DNA from: an uncultured Bacilli bacterium
GTDB taxonomy: Bacteria; Bacillota_I; Bacilli_A; RFN20; CAG-826
Direction of reading: 5' to 3'
DNA: 64,000 nucleotides
NCBI GenBank assembly: GCA_944349595.1
Contig: CALVNF010000006.1
Coordinates: 1,650-65,649 of the forward strand
Shown: positions 30,264 through 40,646 of the stretch, one piece after another
How the letters are laid out: each line of letters begins with the position of its first letter
How positions within the stretch are numbered: the first letter of the stretch is position 1
Translations under genes and position numbers: made by a program
The notes under the pieces: model-generated
What the model saw: only the letters and a program-made list of their open reading frames with translations
Databases searched by the model: none
What the model was told of the DNA's origin: nothing

Positions 30264-33113
30264 ATGTTTAAGAAAAAGTTAATCCTTATTCCTGCGTTAT
30301 TGCTTGTGTTAAGTGCTTGTGGTCCTACAGATACTACATCTGGAACTACTACAACAAACACAACTACAACAACGGATACAACAACTACAAATCCTACAAC
30401 AACAAACACAACTACAACCACGACTACTACAACAACTACAACAACTACAACAACAGTAGCCGAACTTGAAAGTTTAACAATCTCTAACAAAGATGAACTT
30501 CTTGCTCAAATGTCAGCAGGTTGGTCAGTAGGTGATGCAGATTTAACACTTGAATATACTGCAGTTCCATCAAGCATTGATACATATGATACAATGCTAA
30601 CTTCTGGTGATACTTCAATTGTAACAACAATTGGAAATAGAATTCATGCTGTTGGTGTTGGAACAACTACAGTTACTGCAGAATTATTAGGTAAAACAGA
30701 TACATTAACTGTTACTGTAAGTGAAAGATCAATGAAAACAGTTACTGTTAGTGAATTAGTTGATGCTCCAGCAAATCCTGCTCAACTTTATCAAGTAACT
30801 GGTATTATCTCAAGATGGCAATATGATGATAGTGAAGGCCCTGGATCTTATGGAAACTTCTATTTAAAAGATTTAGAAACCGAAGATGAAATTTTAGTAT
30901 ATGGTTTAAGTAAAAATGAATCATCTCTTGAATTTGATAAAGAAACTGGAAAATATACATTTAGAAATGACCAAACCGCTTTACAAATTGAAAACTTATT
31001 TCTAAATAATAAGTTAACAATGATTGGTTTTAGATTAGATTTTAATTCAACAAAAGAATTCAATGGTTACTGTGTAAGTATTGAAGTTGAAGAAAGAGAT
31101 GAAGTTACAAGTATTGAAGATACAAGTAATTTAACAAATCTTGGTGTTGGTTCTTCTTATGATTTAACATTCAAAGATTCTAATGGTGATACACAAGTTG
31201 GAAGATATGGAAACTTTGAATTAGTTAGTGGCCAAGAATATGCTACTTTAGAAGGTAAAACATTAACTGGTAAAGCAGTAGGTAGTGTTACATATAAAGT
31301 TACATCTGCTACAAAACCAGAAATTTCTGATGAAACAACAGTTCAAATTGTTGAACAACCAGATCCAAAAGATTCAACATTAGCTGATGTTATTGCTTTA
31401 ACTGGCGATGCTATGAATTCAGATTTATATAGAATTGAAGTTACAGTTAAAGGATATTCTGAAAATGATGGAACTATCGTAGATAAACCATCTGATTATG
31501 GAAATATGATTGTTAAAGATGATTCTGGTAATGAAATCATGGTATATGGATTAAATAGATATATTGATGATTCATTTAGATATTTCAATAGTCACTTCTC
31601 ATTTACAAATGCTAAAAACTTTATTGTTGATAATACTCCAGCATTAAAAGTTGGTGATAAATTCACAATGTTAGCAATTAGATCTGACTATAAAGGTACA
31701 AAACAAATTACTGGTAGTATCGATCAAGAAAGACCGGAAGTTCAATACTCAACAATTGCAGAAGTTTGTGAAATGGGTGAAGGCGCATCTGCACAAACTC
31801 AAGGTATTATTGTTGCTAAAAACCAAAGAAGTCTATTAATTAACGATGGTACTGCTTCAATTTTACTATTTGTTTATGAAGAAGCTGCAAATTGGGATAT
31901 TGGTGACTTTATTAATGTTTCCGGTACTTTAGATGTTTATAATGATCTTCCACAATTTATTGAAGGTGCAAAAATAGAAGAAGCAACAGGTACTAAACCA
32001 ACAATTAATGAAACTGTCACAACTTGGACAGCAACTGAATTTGATGCATATAGTTCAGATAGAACATATGGAAATTCAAAAGTAAGATTAGAAAACGTAA
32101 CTTTCAATTATGTAAATGAAGGAGCAAAAAGTTATCCTTACTTTACTGTTCCTGGTGCTACAACTGAAGGAAGAATTGCATATCCTGAATCAATATATGG
32201 ATTTGATTCTGTAAATAATGGAAGACAATTCAATATTGAAGGATATATGATTGGTTATGCTGTAAATGCAGGCGACATTTCAAGAAACTTAATTATTATT
32301 ACAAAAGCAGAATTAATTAGTTTAGATGCTCCAACAGCATTAGCAATTACTGCTTCTAGTAATGAAGTTGAAGTTAGTAGAACATTACAATTATCAGTTA
32401 CTCCAACTCCAGCAAATGCAAGTAGTGATGTTAATTGGACAAGTTCAGATACAAAAAAAGCAACTGTCTCAAGTGAAGGTGTTGTAACTGGTGTTACCGA
32501 AGGTAGTGTTACAATTACAGCTACATCTAAACTAGATGCTAATGTAAAAGCTACATATGATATTACTGTCGTACCATATGTTGAAGTTGAAGAAACTTTA
32601 CTTGGAACTTATGATATTAAAGCAGCTAATCACCCATTTAAAGATATAGGTGCTGAAGAAGGATTGGATTATTCAGTAACACCTAGATTTACTGCAGAAA
32701 CATTAGAAGAATTGTTTAAAGAAGATGCATGTTTTACTGGTGAAACAAATCCATTAACAGATGTTAAAGATGTTGAAAATCTTAATGATGGTAATGCTAC
32801 CGGTGGTGCTTTTCCAATGCAAGGTGGCTTGATTAAAATGGGTACAAAAAGTAATACCGGAACATTTACGATGATTTTTGAAGGTAAGAATATTACAAAA
32901 GTTGAATTACTTTGTTTTGATTGGTATAAAAAATCTGCTCAAAATCCAACAAATTCAAATTACTTTGTTGTAAATGGTGAGAAATTATTAGCCCCTTATA
33001 ATGAAACTGGAACCGCTGAAACATTAACTTTCGAAGGAAACTTTGGTTCTGAAGTTAAGATTTCTTCTCAAAATAGAGGCTTCTTATTTGCAATTAAAGT
33101 TTATGGAGCATAA
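30264..33113 (+). CDS. Large surface lipoprotein with Thr stalk, Ig-like (Big_2) domains and three OB-fold-like repeats
   Basis: Lipobox VLSA-C, Thr run, repeated YGN.Y.KD...EI.VYG modules, Big_2-like WTSSDTKKATVSSEGVVTGV. Confidence 0.75.
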   Translation: MFKKKLILIPALLLVLSACGPTDTTSGTTTTNTTTTTDTTTTNPTTTNTTTTTTTTTTTTTTTTVAELESLTISNKDELLAQMSAGWSVGDADLTLEYTAVPSSIDTYDTMLTSGDTSIVTTIGNRIHAVGVGTTTVTAELLGKTDTLTVTVSERSMKTVTVSELVDAPANPAQLYQVTGIISRWQYDDSEGPGSYGNFYLKDLETEDEILVYGLSKNESSLEFDKETGKYTFRNDQTALQIENLFLNNKLTMIGFRLDFNSTKEFNGYCVSIEVEERDEVTSIEDTSNLTNLGVGSSYDLTFKDSNGDTQVGRYGNFELVSGQEYATLEGKTLTGKAVGSVTYKVTSATKPEISDETTVQIVEQPDPKDSTLADVIALTGDAMNSDLYRIEVTVKGYSENDGTIVDKPSDYGNMIVKDDSGNEIMVYGLNRYIDDSFRYFNSHFSFTNAKNFIVDNTPALKVGDKFTMLAIRSDYKGTKQITGSIDQERPEVQYSTIAEVCEMGEGASAQTQGIIVAKNQRSLLINDGTASILLFVYEEAANWDIGDFINVSGTLDVYNDLPQFIEGAKIEEATGTKPTINETVTTWTATEFDAYSSDRTYGNSKVRLENVTFNYVNEGAKSYPYFTVPGATTEGRIAYPESIYGFDSVNNGRQFNIEGYMIGYAVNAGDISRNLIIITKAELISLDAPTALAITASSNEVEVSRTLQLSVTPTPANASSDVNWTSSDTKKATVSSEGVVTGVTEGSVTITATSKLDANVKATYDITVVPYVEVEETLLGTYDIKAANHPFKDIGAEEGLDYSVTPRFTAETLEELFKEDACFTGETNPLTDVKDVENLNDGNATGGAFPMQGGLIKMGTKSNTGTFTMIFEGKNITKVELLCFDWYKKSAQNPTNSNYFVVNGEKLLAPYNETGTAETLTFEGNFGSEVKISSQNRGFLFAIKVYGA
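30327..30455 (+). repeat. Imperfect ACN trinucleotide repeat (poly-Thr stalk)
   Basis: ACAACAACTACA... encoding TDTTSGTTTTNTTTTTDTTTTNPTTTNTTTTTTTTTTTTTTTT. Confidence 0.85.
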
Positions 33114-33138
33114 TTTATAAAATAAATTATAAATATAT

Positions 33139-33166
33139 AAAAGGAAGTTGAAAAACTTCCTTTTTT
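33139..33166 (+). terminator. Intrinsic terminator
   Basis: AAAAGGAAGTT-GAAA-AACTTCCTTTT plus TT. Confidence 0.88.
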
Positions 33167-33220
33167 ATTTACTTATGATAAAATAATTTTAGCCATTATT
33201 TTATTAAAGGAGGCTTTTAT

Positions 33221-35677
33221 ATGAAAAAATTACTAACTTTAACAAGTAGTGTTGTATTATTGTCTGCTTTATTAGTTGGATGCGATAATACAAGTGTCGA
33301 AGTTAATAGTATTAAAATTGATGAAAGTAGTATAAATACTAGTTATACACTCGGACAAGAAATAACTGATGTATATTATAATGATTTATTAATTACATTA
33401 AATAAATCAGATAATACTACTCAAAATTTATTATATAGAGATAATAAAAATTCAATTAAAATAACAAAACCTATTTCTACTGAAAGTGTTGGTGAATTTG
33501 ATTTTGAAGTTAGTTATACATATACGTTAGATGATGTAGAAACAACTTTAACAGATTCAATCAAATATAGTGTTAAAGAAAAAACAAATACTGATGATGC
33601 TATTCCAACAAACTGGACTTATAATGTAAATTACGCAAATTATTTATCTAAAAAAGAAAATGCTTCATTTGAAAATGATGGAACATCATCATTTATATCT
33701 AATGAAGGTAAGTTTTATATTGGAAATTATAATGCTGTTAATTTATTACCAACTATAAACTGCATTATTCCATCAACTGGTAGCGTTTCTACATTAAGTG
33801 AATTACCAGATGGAGTTGAAATATCTCTTGAATCTCAAGATTCTACTCCAAAACAATTAGCTTTAGATGATTATTTTACTCAAGATGCAATTGATAATTT
33901 AAAACCAACTTTAAGTATTAAATTTAAAGAAGATTTAGATAGTATTTTAACAAGAGATGTAACTTTAGTTTTAAAATATACTAATTCAACTGATGAAGAT
34001 AGCTTCCCAGAATTAAGATATAATATAACAATTGTTGATGGTTATAATATAACTGATGCTAAAGAATTAATTTTAATTGATAATTATTATAGTGATGAAA
34101 ATACTCTTAGTATGAAAAAAGAAGTATTAAATAATGATTCTTTAGAAGATGCAAAATTCTCTTTTGAAAACTTTGTATTATTTAACGATATTTCAATTGA
34201 ATTAGAAGATTTACCAGAAAGAGTAATATATAAATCTGAAAATTATGAAAGCTTACCAAAAGAATTAAATAATACTTTAAAAGACTGGCTATGGGTTTAT
34301 GCTCATACACCAACTTCAGCTACTGGAAATTGTACAATTTATGGAAATTATAACCATATTGCATTAGGAGAAACTTTCCCATATATCTTAACAGAATCAA
34401 GTAGTCCTACTGCACCAACTCTACCAGATTCAAGTGCTACAGCTATTAATTCTCATACAACATTATTTGGAAATCCTGTATCAAGTCCAGAAAATTGTAG
34501 TTATCAATTTAGATTCTTTGATGTATCAATTACTGGAAATCAAGGTGTTTTAGAAACAGATCAAAGAAATGAAGAAACTGGATTACTTGAAGGTGGTTTA
34601 TTATTAACTAAATTTAAAAATAACTTATTATTTAATAATACTGTTGTAAATAATTTCTTTACAATAAATGTTAATGATGGTCCAAGTAATAAAGATGTAC
34701 TTGGCGAAAATGGATATCAACCAACAACTAGTATTAAAGATTCTAAGATGTTTGATTGCTTCTCAACAATGTTATTTAATTATTCAGAAACAAAAACTGA
34801 AGTAGAACATTCTGTTTTATCAAATAGTGGTGGTTTCTTATTTATTAACCAATCCAATCCATACGGAGATAGCAATAATAAATCTTGGTATGGAACTGAT
34901 CCAAGTAAAATTAAAGGAACTATTATTGATATTGATGATACAACAATTCTTGATAATTATGTAACAGGTCAAGGTGGATGGTTCCAAATTTATGGTGCAC
35001 AAAGTGCAATTGGATTATTAAAGAGTTTAGTTAATCCAGGATTTAAAAAATATGGAAAAACATTTACAAAAGCTGAAGGTGATTATGAATTATTTAATGC
35101 AATCGCATTAAATATGAATACTAATATGGAATCAGCTGAACCACTTGGTAGTGGTATGATTGCTCAAATTAATATTGGAGAAGATATTTCAATTGATACA
35201 ACTGGCGATAAAGAAAAAGTTGACACTGATTATAAAACTGTAAATCCATCAAATCCAATGACAATGTTAGGATTTGCTCAAGATTTATATAAAACTGAAT
35301 ATGGAGCATTGTATTTTGCAAAATTAATGACTCAAGGTTTTTTATTTAAAACTCATGGTACAAATGATTTATATTTAGCACCTGATAACCAAATGAACCT
35401 TTCTCCAGTTGTAAATTTAATTAGTGGTGCAATTAAACAAACATATCCAGAATATGCTGATATTTTAGATACAATAATTACTCCAGTTGATGATCTTAAA
35501 AATTATTCTGATTTTAAAAATTCTAAATATTTAACAATTTATTTAGATATTACTGCAGCTACTTCTACACAAAGTGAAGCTGCTCCAAGAGCTAGTGTTA
35601 ATGATTTAATTAATGGTTATGCTAACTTTACTGGCACTAATTCTTATGGATTAATTGTTGAATTATTAGATAATTAA
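33221..35677 (+). CDS. Large lipoprotein with an N-terminal Ig-like domain, function unknown
   Basis: Lipobox LLVG-C, SIKID...SYTLGQEI Big_3-like start. AAGGAGG SD. Confidence 0.7.
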   Translation: MKKLLTLTSSVVLLSALLVGCDNTSVEVNSIKIDESSINTSYTLGQEITDVYYNDLLITLNKSDNTTQNLLYRDNKNSIKITKPISTESVGEFDFEVSYTYTLDDVETTLTDSIKYSVKEKTNTDDAIPTNWTYNVNYANYLSKKENASFENDGTSSFISNEGKFYIGNYNAVNLLPTINCIIPSTGSVSTLSELPDGVEISLESQDSTPKQLALDDYFTQDAIDNLKPTLSIKFKEDLDSILTRDVTLVLKYTNSTDEDSFPELRYNITIVDGYNITDAKELILIDNYYSDENTLSMKKEVLNNDSLEDAKFSFENFVLFNDISIELEDLPERVIYKSENYESLPKELNNTLKDWLWVYAHTPTSATGNCTIYGNYNHIALGETFPYILTESSSPTAPTLPDSSATAINSHTTLFGNPVSSPENCSYQFRFFDVSITGNQGVLETDQRNEETGLLEGGLLLTKFKNNLLFNNTVVNNFFTINVNDGPSNKDVLGENGYQPTTSIKDSKMFDCFSTMLFNYSETKTEVEHSVLSNSGGFLFINQSNPYGDSNNKSWYGTDPSKIKGTIIDIDDTTILDNYVTGQGGWFQIYGAQSAIGLLKSLVNPGFKKYGKTFTKAEGDYELFNAIALNMNTNMESAEPLGSGMIAQINIGEDISIDTTGDKEKVDTDYKTVNPSNPMTMLGFAQDLYKTEYGALYFAKLMTQGFLFKTHGTNDLYLAPDNQMNLSPVVNLISGAIKQTYPEYADILDTIITPVDDLKNYSDFKNSKYLTIYLDITAATSTQSEAAPRASVNDLINGYANFTGTNSYGLIVELLDN

Positions 35678-35747
35678 TAACTTAACTATTAATTTAAAAA
35701 ACTATTTATTAATTTAATTAAACTTAATTAAATTTATTATAAAAAAA

Positions 35748-38195
35748 ATGAATCTTGTTGCTAATATAAAGAAGTATTTAACAAAAGAAGTTTTATTTAT
35801 AAGTATTTCAAGCTTTATTATACTTATATCTTTAATTCTGCTTACTTCTTTATATGGAGCAATGAGATTTTTTTATCTAGCTAGTTTTATTATATTTATA
35901 ATTTATCTAGCTAGTTTTTTATGTTTAGATTATTTTTTAAAAGACTCTAATCCTAAATTTAAAGAATCAAAATATCGTTTAATAAACAAAATAAAAGCAT
36001 ATTTTGTATTTAAAAAGAACAAAATTGCTTTTATTAGAAAAGTTTTAGTTGTATTTTTAGGTTTATTTTTACTAGCTAGAGTAATTGGTGGACAAGATTA
36101 TTTTAGATATGTAAATAATTTTGATTCAACCTTTATGAATTCAATTGAAACAGGATTTGCAGTGTTTTTTAATCAGTGGTATATTGCATGTATCATTTTA
36201 GTTATTATTAATGAATTTATAAATTCCGAGTTATTTAACAAAATTATTAAATATATTGTTACTCCATTAGTTATTATTTCAACCTTTATTATGCCTTATA
36301 TGGTTGAAGGAATAATTGGAAATATATATGATTTAACGAATAATAATTATGATCCATATGGATTTAGAGTTGTTTTACTTGGATTTGAATATGGAATATT
36401 ATTAAGTTATTTAGTTTATACATGGTTTAAATCTTTTAAATGGGATTTTAATAAATCATTTTTATATACATTTTTTATAACTATCTTTTTAATTTTAATA
36501 ACTGGAATTAATGCTTATACTCCAAAAACAATATTTCCAAGTTCTTTATATTTTTTAGAATTACCACTTGATTTAAACTTTACACATCGATTGTTAGTTT
36601 ACATTTCATTTATTTTACCAATTATATATTTTGTTATTTTATATCGCTATGATATAAAACATAGAAGAGCATTCTTATTATTTATATCTTTAGCAGTATT
36701 TTTCTGTTATATTGCATTTAGAAGATACGATAATACTTGGAGTAGTGTATCTGGTTTACCACTACACTTATGTAATACTGCAATGTATATAATTCCATTA
36801 ACTTTAATATTTAAATCTCATCAAGTATTTTACTTTACAATGTTTATTAATGTTATTGGGGCATTTTTAGCTTTATTAATGCCAAATTATTCTGAATCCC
36901 TTGGTATATTTTCAATGGAAGTAAGTGAATTTTATATAAATCACTTATATGCTTTCTTTATGCCAATTTTAATTGTGCTTCTTGGAGTATATGAAAGACC
37001 TAAAATGAAATATTTCTTTTATTCAATGGCTGGATTTTTAATATATTTTATTTTATGTGTTATTCTAAATGCTTTCTTTGATACAAATTTCTTCTTCTTA
37101 AATGATAATTTTATTGTATCTAAATTAGGTACTTGGGCAGAAGATATTTTTGATATATCAATAATTATAAATACTGGTGATAAAGAAATTATATTTAGAC
37201 CATATTATTTATTAACATTTTATTTAGTATATGTAATTCTAGCCTTATTGATGTGGTATATTTATGAATTATTATTTAAAGTTGTTGATAGTTTGGTGTT
37301 ACTTCATGAAAAAAATATTGTATATAACAAAACTTATTATGAATTTATTAATTCTCAAAAGAAAGAAGGTATAGATATGAAAAAAGATAAAAACAAAAAC
37401 CATTCAAATATTGATTATAATAACTTAGTTATATCTTTAGATATCGAACATTTAAAAAAGAAATACGGAAATAATAAATTCTATACAATTAATGATTTTT
37501 CACTACATTTAGATGGAGGAAAAATCTATGGATTCTTAGGTAAAAATGGTGCTGGAAAATCAACAATTATTAAATCTATTGTTGGAATGCATACATTTGA
37601 TGGAGGAAGTATAAAAATTTGTGGATACGATAATAAATTCCAAGAAGTTGAAGCTAAATCATTAATAGGTTTTGTTCCAGATCATTATGCTTTATATGAA
37701 TCATTAACTGGCCGAGAATATATAAATTACATTGCTGACTTATATAATGTCAGCAAAAAAGACCGTGATGAAAGATTAAATAATTTACTAGATAAACTTG
37801 AACTTAAAGATAAATTTGATAAACAAATTAAAACTTATTCTCACGGTATGAAACAAAAAACAACAATAATTGCTGCTTTAATTCATGATCCAAAAATTTG
37901 GATTTTAGATGAACCTATGACTGGGGTTGATCCAATTTCTATTTTCCAAATTAAAGAAGTTATGAAAGATCACGCTAAAAAAGGTAATATTGTCTTCTTC
38001 TCATCACACTTAATTGATGTTGTTAAAAATTTATGTGATGAAGTTATTATTATTAAAAAAGGTGAATTTATTTATCGAGACACTTTGACAAACTTAAAGA
38101 AAAATAAAGTTGATTTAGAAGAGTTATTTATTGAAAAAACTGCGGATAGCCAAGAAGAAGTAAAGGAGCTAATTAATGCAGAAAGTAAACAGTAA
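35748..38195 (+). CDS. YwaF-like integral membrane domain fused to an ABC ATPase
   Basis: About 14 TM segments including LPLHLCN, then GKNGAGKS, YSHGM, ILDEP, SSH. Confidence 0.8.
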   Translation: MNLVANIKKYLTKEVLFISISSFIILISLILLTSLYGAMRFFYLASFIIFIIYLASFLCLDYFLKDSNPKFKESKYRLINKIKAYFVFKKNKIAFIRKVLVVFLGLFLLARVIGGQDYFRYVNNFDSTFMNSIETGFAVFFNQWYIACIILVIINEFINSELFNKIIKYIVTPLVIISTFIMPYMVEGIIGNIYDLTNNNYDPYGFRVVLLGFEYGILLSYLVYTWFKSFKWDFNKSFLYTFFITIFLILITGINAYTPKTIFPSSLYFLELPLDLNFTHRLLVYISFILPIIYFVILYRYDIKHRRAFLLFISLAVFFCYIAFRRYDNTWSSVSGLPLHLCNTAMYIIPLTLIFKSHQVFYFTMFINVIGAFLALLMPNYSESLGIFSMEVSEFYINHLYAFFMPILIVLLGVYERPKMKYFFYSMAGFLIYFILCVILNAFFDTNFFFLNDNFIVSKLGTWAEDIFDISIIINTGDKEIIFRPYYLLTFYLVYVILALLMWYIYELLFKVVDSLVLLHEKNIVYNKTYYEFINSQKKEGIDMKKDKNKNHSNIDYNNLVISLDIEHLKKKYGNNKFYTINDFSLHLDGGKIYGFLGKNGAGKSTIIKSIVGMHTFDGGSIKICGYDNKFQEVEAKSLIGFVPDHYALYESLTGREYINYIADLYNVSKKDRDERLNNLLDKLELKDKFDKQIKTYSHGMKQKTTIIAALIHDPKIWILDEPMTGVDPISIFQIKEVMKDHAKKGNIVFFSSHLIDVVKNLCDEVIIIKKGEFIYRDTLTNLKKNKVDLEELFIEKTADSQEEVKELINAESKQ

Positions 38196-39885
38196 TAAAA
38201 CTAGTGATTTTGTACTAAATTATGGGATAAGCTTTAAAAAATTATTCATTTTAACCTCGATGTTATTAAAGGATAAAATGAAAATTTCTTTTAAAGCTAA
38301 CAAAAAACAATCACTTGTTAAAATTATTTCATTAGCTATTTTATTTATTGTTTTGTGTGCAGTTTCAAATGTTTTTTATCAAGTGGCAGTTATGCTTAAT
38401 ATTTTTTCTGTTTTAAAATATATTCCTTTAACTGTACCTAGTTTAATAATGTCATTTTTATTAATTTTTGGTTTCTTTTCTTTACTAATTAATTTAACAA
38501 AAGCGTTGTATTTATCAAAAGATAATCAAATAATGATTACATATCCATGTAATGGAAGTACGATATTTTTTGCAAGATTATTAGTCTATTTTATTAATGA
38601 ATATATAAGAAATATCACAATTCAAATTCCATTATTAATTGGTTATATGATAGTTATGAATGCTCCAGTTGTGATGTATTTTTATATATTTATTGCATTT
38701 ATTTTTATTACTTTATTTGAAGTATTATTAGCAAGTTTATTTTCAATTCCAACTTATTATATAATGATGTTTTTAAAAAGATTCTCTTTATTAAAAACAA
38801 TATTATATGTAATCTTTTATATAACAATAATATCTCTTGGAGTTTATGTTGTTTTATTAATTCCAGAAAATATTGATATATTTACAAATTGGGGACCATA
38901 CTTTAATTCAATTCAAGCCTTCTTAAAAGGATTTAGTGATTATTTTGCCGGGTTATATTATTTAAGTATGTTTACTCTTGGAAAATTAGATGGATTTTCT
39001 TATTTAATATTCTCTTTTGAAGGATTATATACATTTATTTTCTTAATATTAGCTATCTTATTATTCTTTACACTAGCTTTATTTATAATAAATCCAATAT
39101 ACTTTAAATTAACTTCAAGTGGATTTGAAGTTGAAAGTAAAGAATCAAATCGTGTAAAAGTTAATAAAAAACATAACTTTTATATCTCTCAAATTAAAAA
39201 AGAATTATTGTTATTTAAAGATGGAGATTCAATTATTCTTTCAATACTTGCTAGTTTTATCACCCTTCCAATAATAATTTTATTAATTTCAAAAGTATTT
39301 GGAGCAATGGGTGTAAATACAAGAGGATTTATGTATAGTCAAGTTATTGTTTTAGCAATTATTTTATTAATTGCACTGAATACTAATACAATAATTGCAA
39401 CTGCATATTCAAAAGAAGGCGAAGCTTTTAAATTAAATAAAACATATCCTAATAAAGGATATTTTATGTTAACTAGTAAATTAATAATTCCAATGATTAT
39501 TGGAAGTTTATCAATATTAGTTTCTAGTATTATTTTTAATAACTTCTTTTTAAATGATATAGTTAGCAGTGTGTTTTTAACTCTTGGAGTAATTTTACTT
39601 TACATTGGCCATATGTTATATAGTGCACAAGTTGATTTTTCTAGTATTTCAAGTTTATTTAATAATACTGGAACAACAAGTAAAGCTACACGAAATTCAA
39701 CATTTTTAGCTTTCTTATTATCAATTGTTATATGTTTATTATTTTATTTATTTTTAACTAATAGTGGACAACAACCATTATTTGCTCATTATATAAAATT
39801 ATTTATTATTGGTTTAATTTATATATCTAGTAGTATTTGGATTTATTATTATAAAATTAAACTAATCTATAAAGAAGGTGATTAA
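38176..39885 (+). CDS. ABC-2 type permease (duplicated 6-TM halves)
   Basis: About 12 TM segments with internal motifs SKDNQIMITYP and SKEGEAFKLNKTYP. Overlaps the ATPase fusion. Confidence 0.78.
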   Translation: MQKVNSNKTSDFVLNYGISFKKLFILTSMLLKDKMKISFKANKKQSLVKIISLAILFIVLCAVSNVFYQVAVMLNIFSVLKYIPLTVPSLIMSFLLIFGFFSLLINLTKALYLSKDNQIMITYPCNGSTIFFARLLVYFINEYIRNITIQIPLLIGYMIVMNAPVVMYFYIFIAFIFITLFEVLLASLFSIPTYYIMMFLKRFSLLKTILYVIFYITIISLGVYVVLLIPENIDIFTNWGPYFNSIQAFLKGFSDYFAGLYYLSMFTLGKLDGFSYLIFSFEGLYTFIFLILAILLFFTLALFIINPIYFKLTSSGFEVESKESNRVKVNKKHNFYISQIKKELLLFKDGDSIILSILASFITLPIIILLISKVFGAMGVNTRGFMYSQVIVLAIILLIALNTNTIIATAYSKEGEAFKLNKTYPNKGYFMLTSKLIIPMIIGSLSILVSSIIFNNFFLNDIVSSVFLTLGVILLYIGHMLYSAQVDFSSISSLFNNTGTTSKATRNSTFLAFLLSIVICLLFYLFLTNSGQQPLFAHYIKLFIIGLIYISSSIWIYYYKIKLIYKEGD

Positions 39886-40405
39886 TATGAAGAAGTCAGT
39901 TATGTTAATTATTGGATTAATTTGTTTAGTTGGTGTAATTATTGTCGCCTTTTTTGGAGTACAACCTCAAAATATTTCTCCAGTTGTTTATATCGAAACA
40001 GTTGAAATACTTGATATGTCTGGTAACAAAATAAAAACTCAAGAAGATGGGAAAAAAGTATTAAATTTAGAATTTAATCCTGATTTATATGACCAAAATA
40101 CTGATACTTATTATATGCAATACTTCTTTAATGTTGAAATTAATGAAAATGATCCAAAAAAAGTTCCAACAAATGAATCAGTTTTATTTTCAACCGATGC
40201 TGCAAATTTAGTCAGTATTCCAAAAGAACCAGCAGGAGCTGCTAGAAAAGGTGCTTTTTTAATTCAAGAGAAAAAAGGTGTAATAACTCAAGATAATCGT
40301 TATTTTATATGTAGCATTTCATGTAAAGCTAATGATGGAAGTCCAACAAATCCTGTTGATACAATTACTTTAGTTATTACATATCCATTAACATCTATTA
40401 ATTAG
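39878..40405 (+). CDS. Single-TM membrane-anchored protein, possible Ig-like fold
   Basis: N-terminal TM, then VYIETVEI and a beta-rich body. Last gene of the ABC operon. Start may be ATG 39887. Confidence 0.65.
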   Translation: MINMKKSVMLIIGLICLVGVIIVAFFGVQPQNISPVVYIETVEILDMSGNKIKTQEDGKKVLNLEFNPDLYDQNTDTYYMQYFFNVEINENDPKKVPTNESVLFSTDAANLVSIPKEPAGAARKGAFLIQEKKGVITQDNRYFICSISCKANDGSPTNPVDTITLVITYPLTSIN

Positions 40406-40646
40406 ATGCATTTATTTAAAAATTAATTAAATATTTTAAAGTTATCTAAATAGACTTAAACTAACCGCAAAAAATTAATTTTTTAAAGTTTTGCGGTTAT
40501 GTATTATTACATTAATAATAAAAACTAATTATTTTTTTTAAACATTTAGCTAAATTTAATTAAAAGTTTGATCAATGATTTGTATTTATTAAATAATAAT
40601 TTAAAGATTATTTTATTTATATTAAAATTAATTAGAGGTTTTAATT

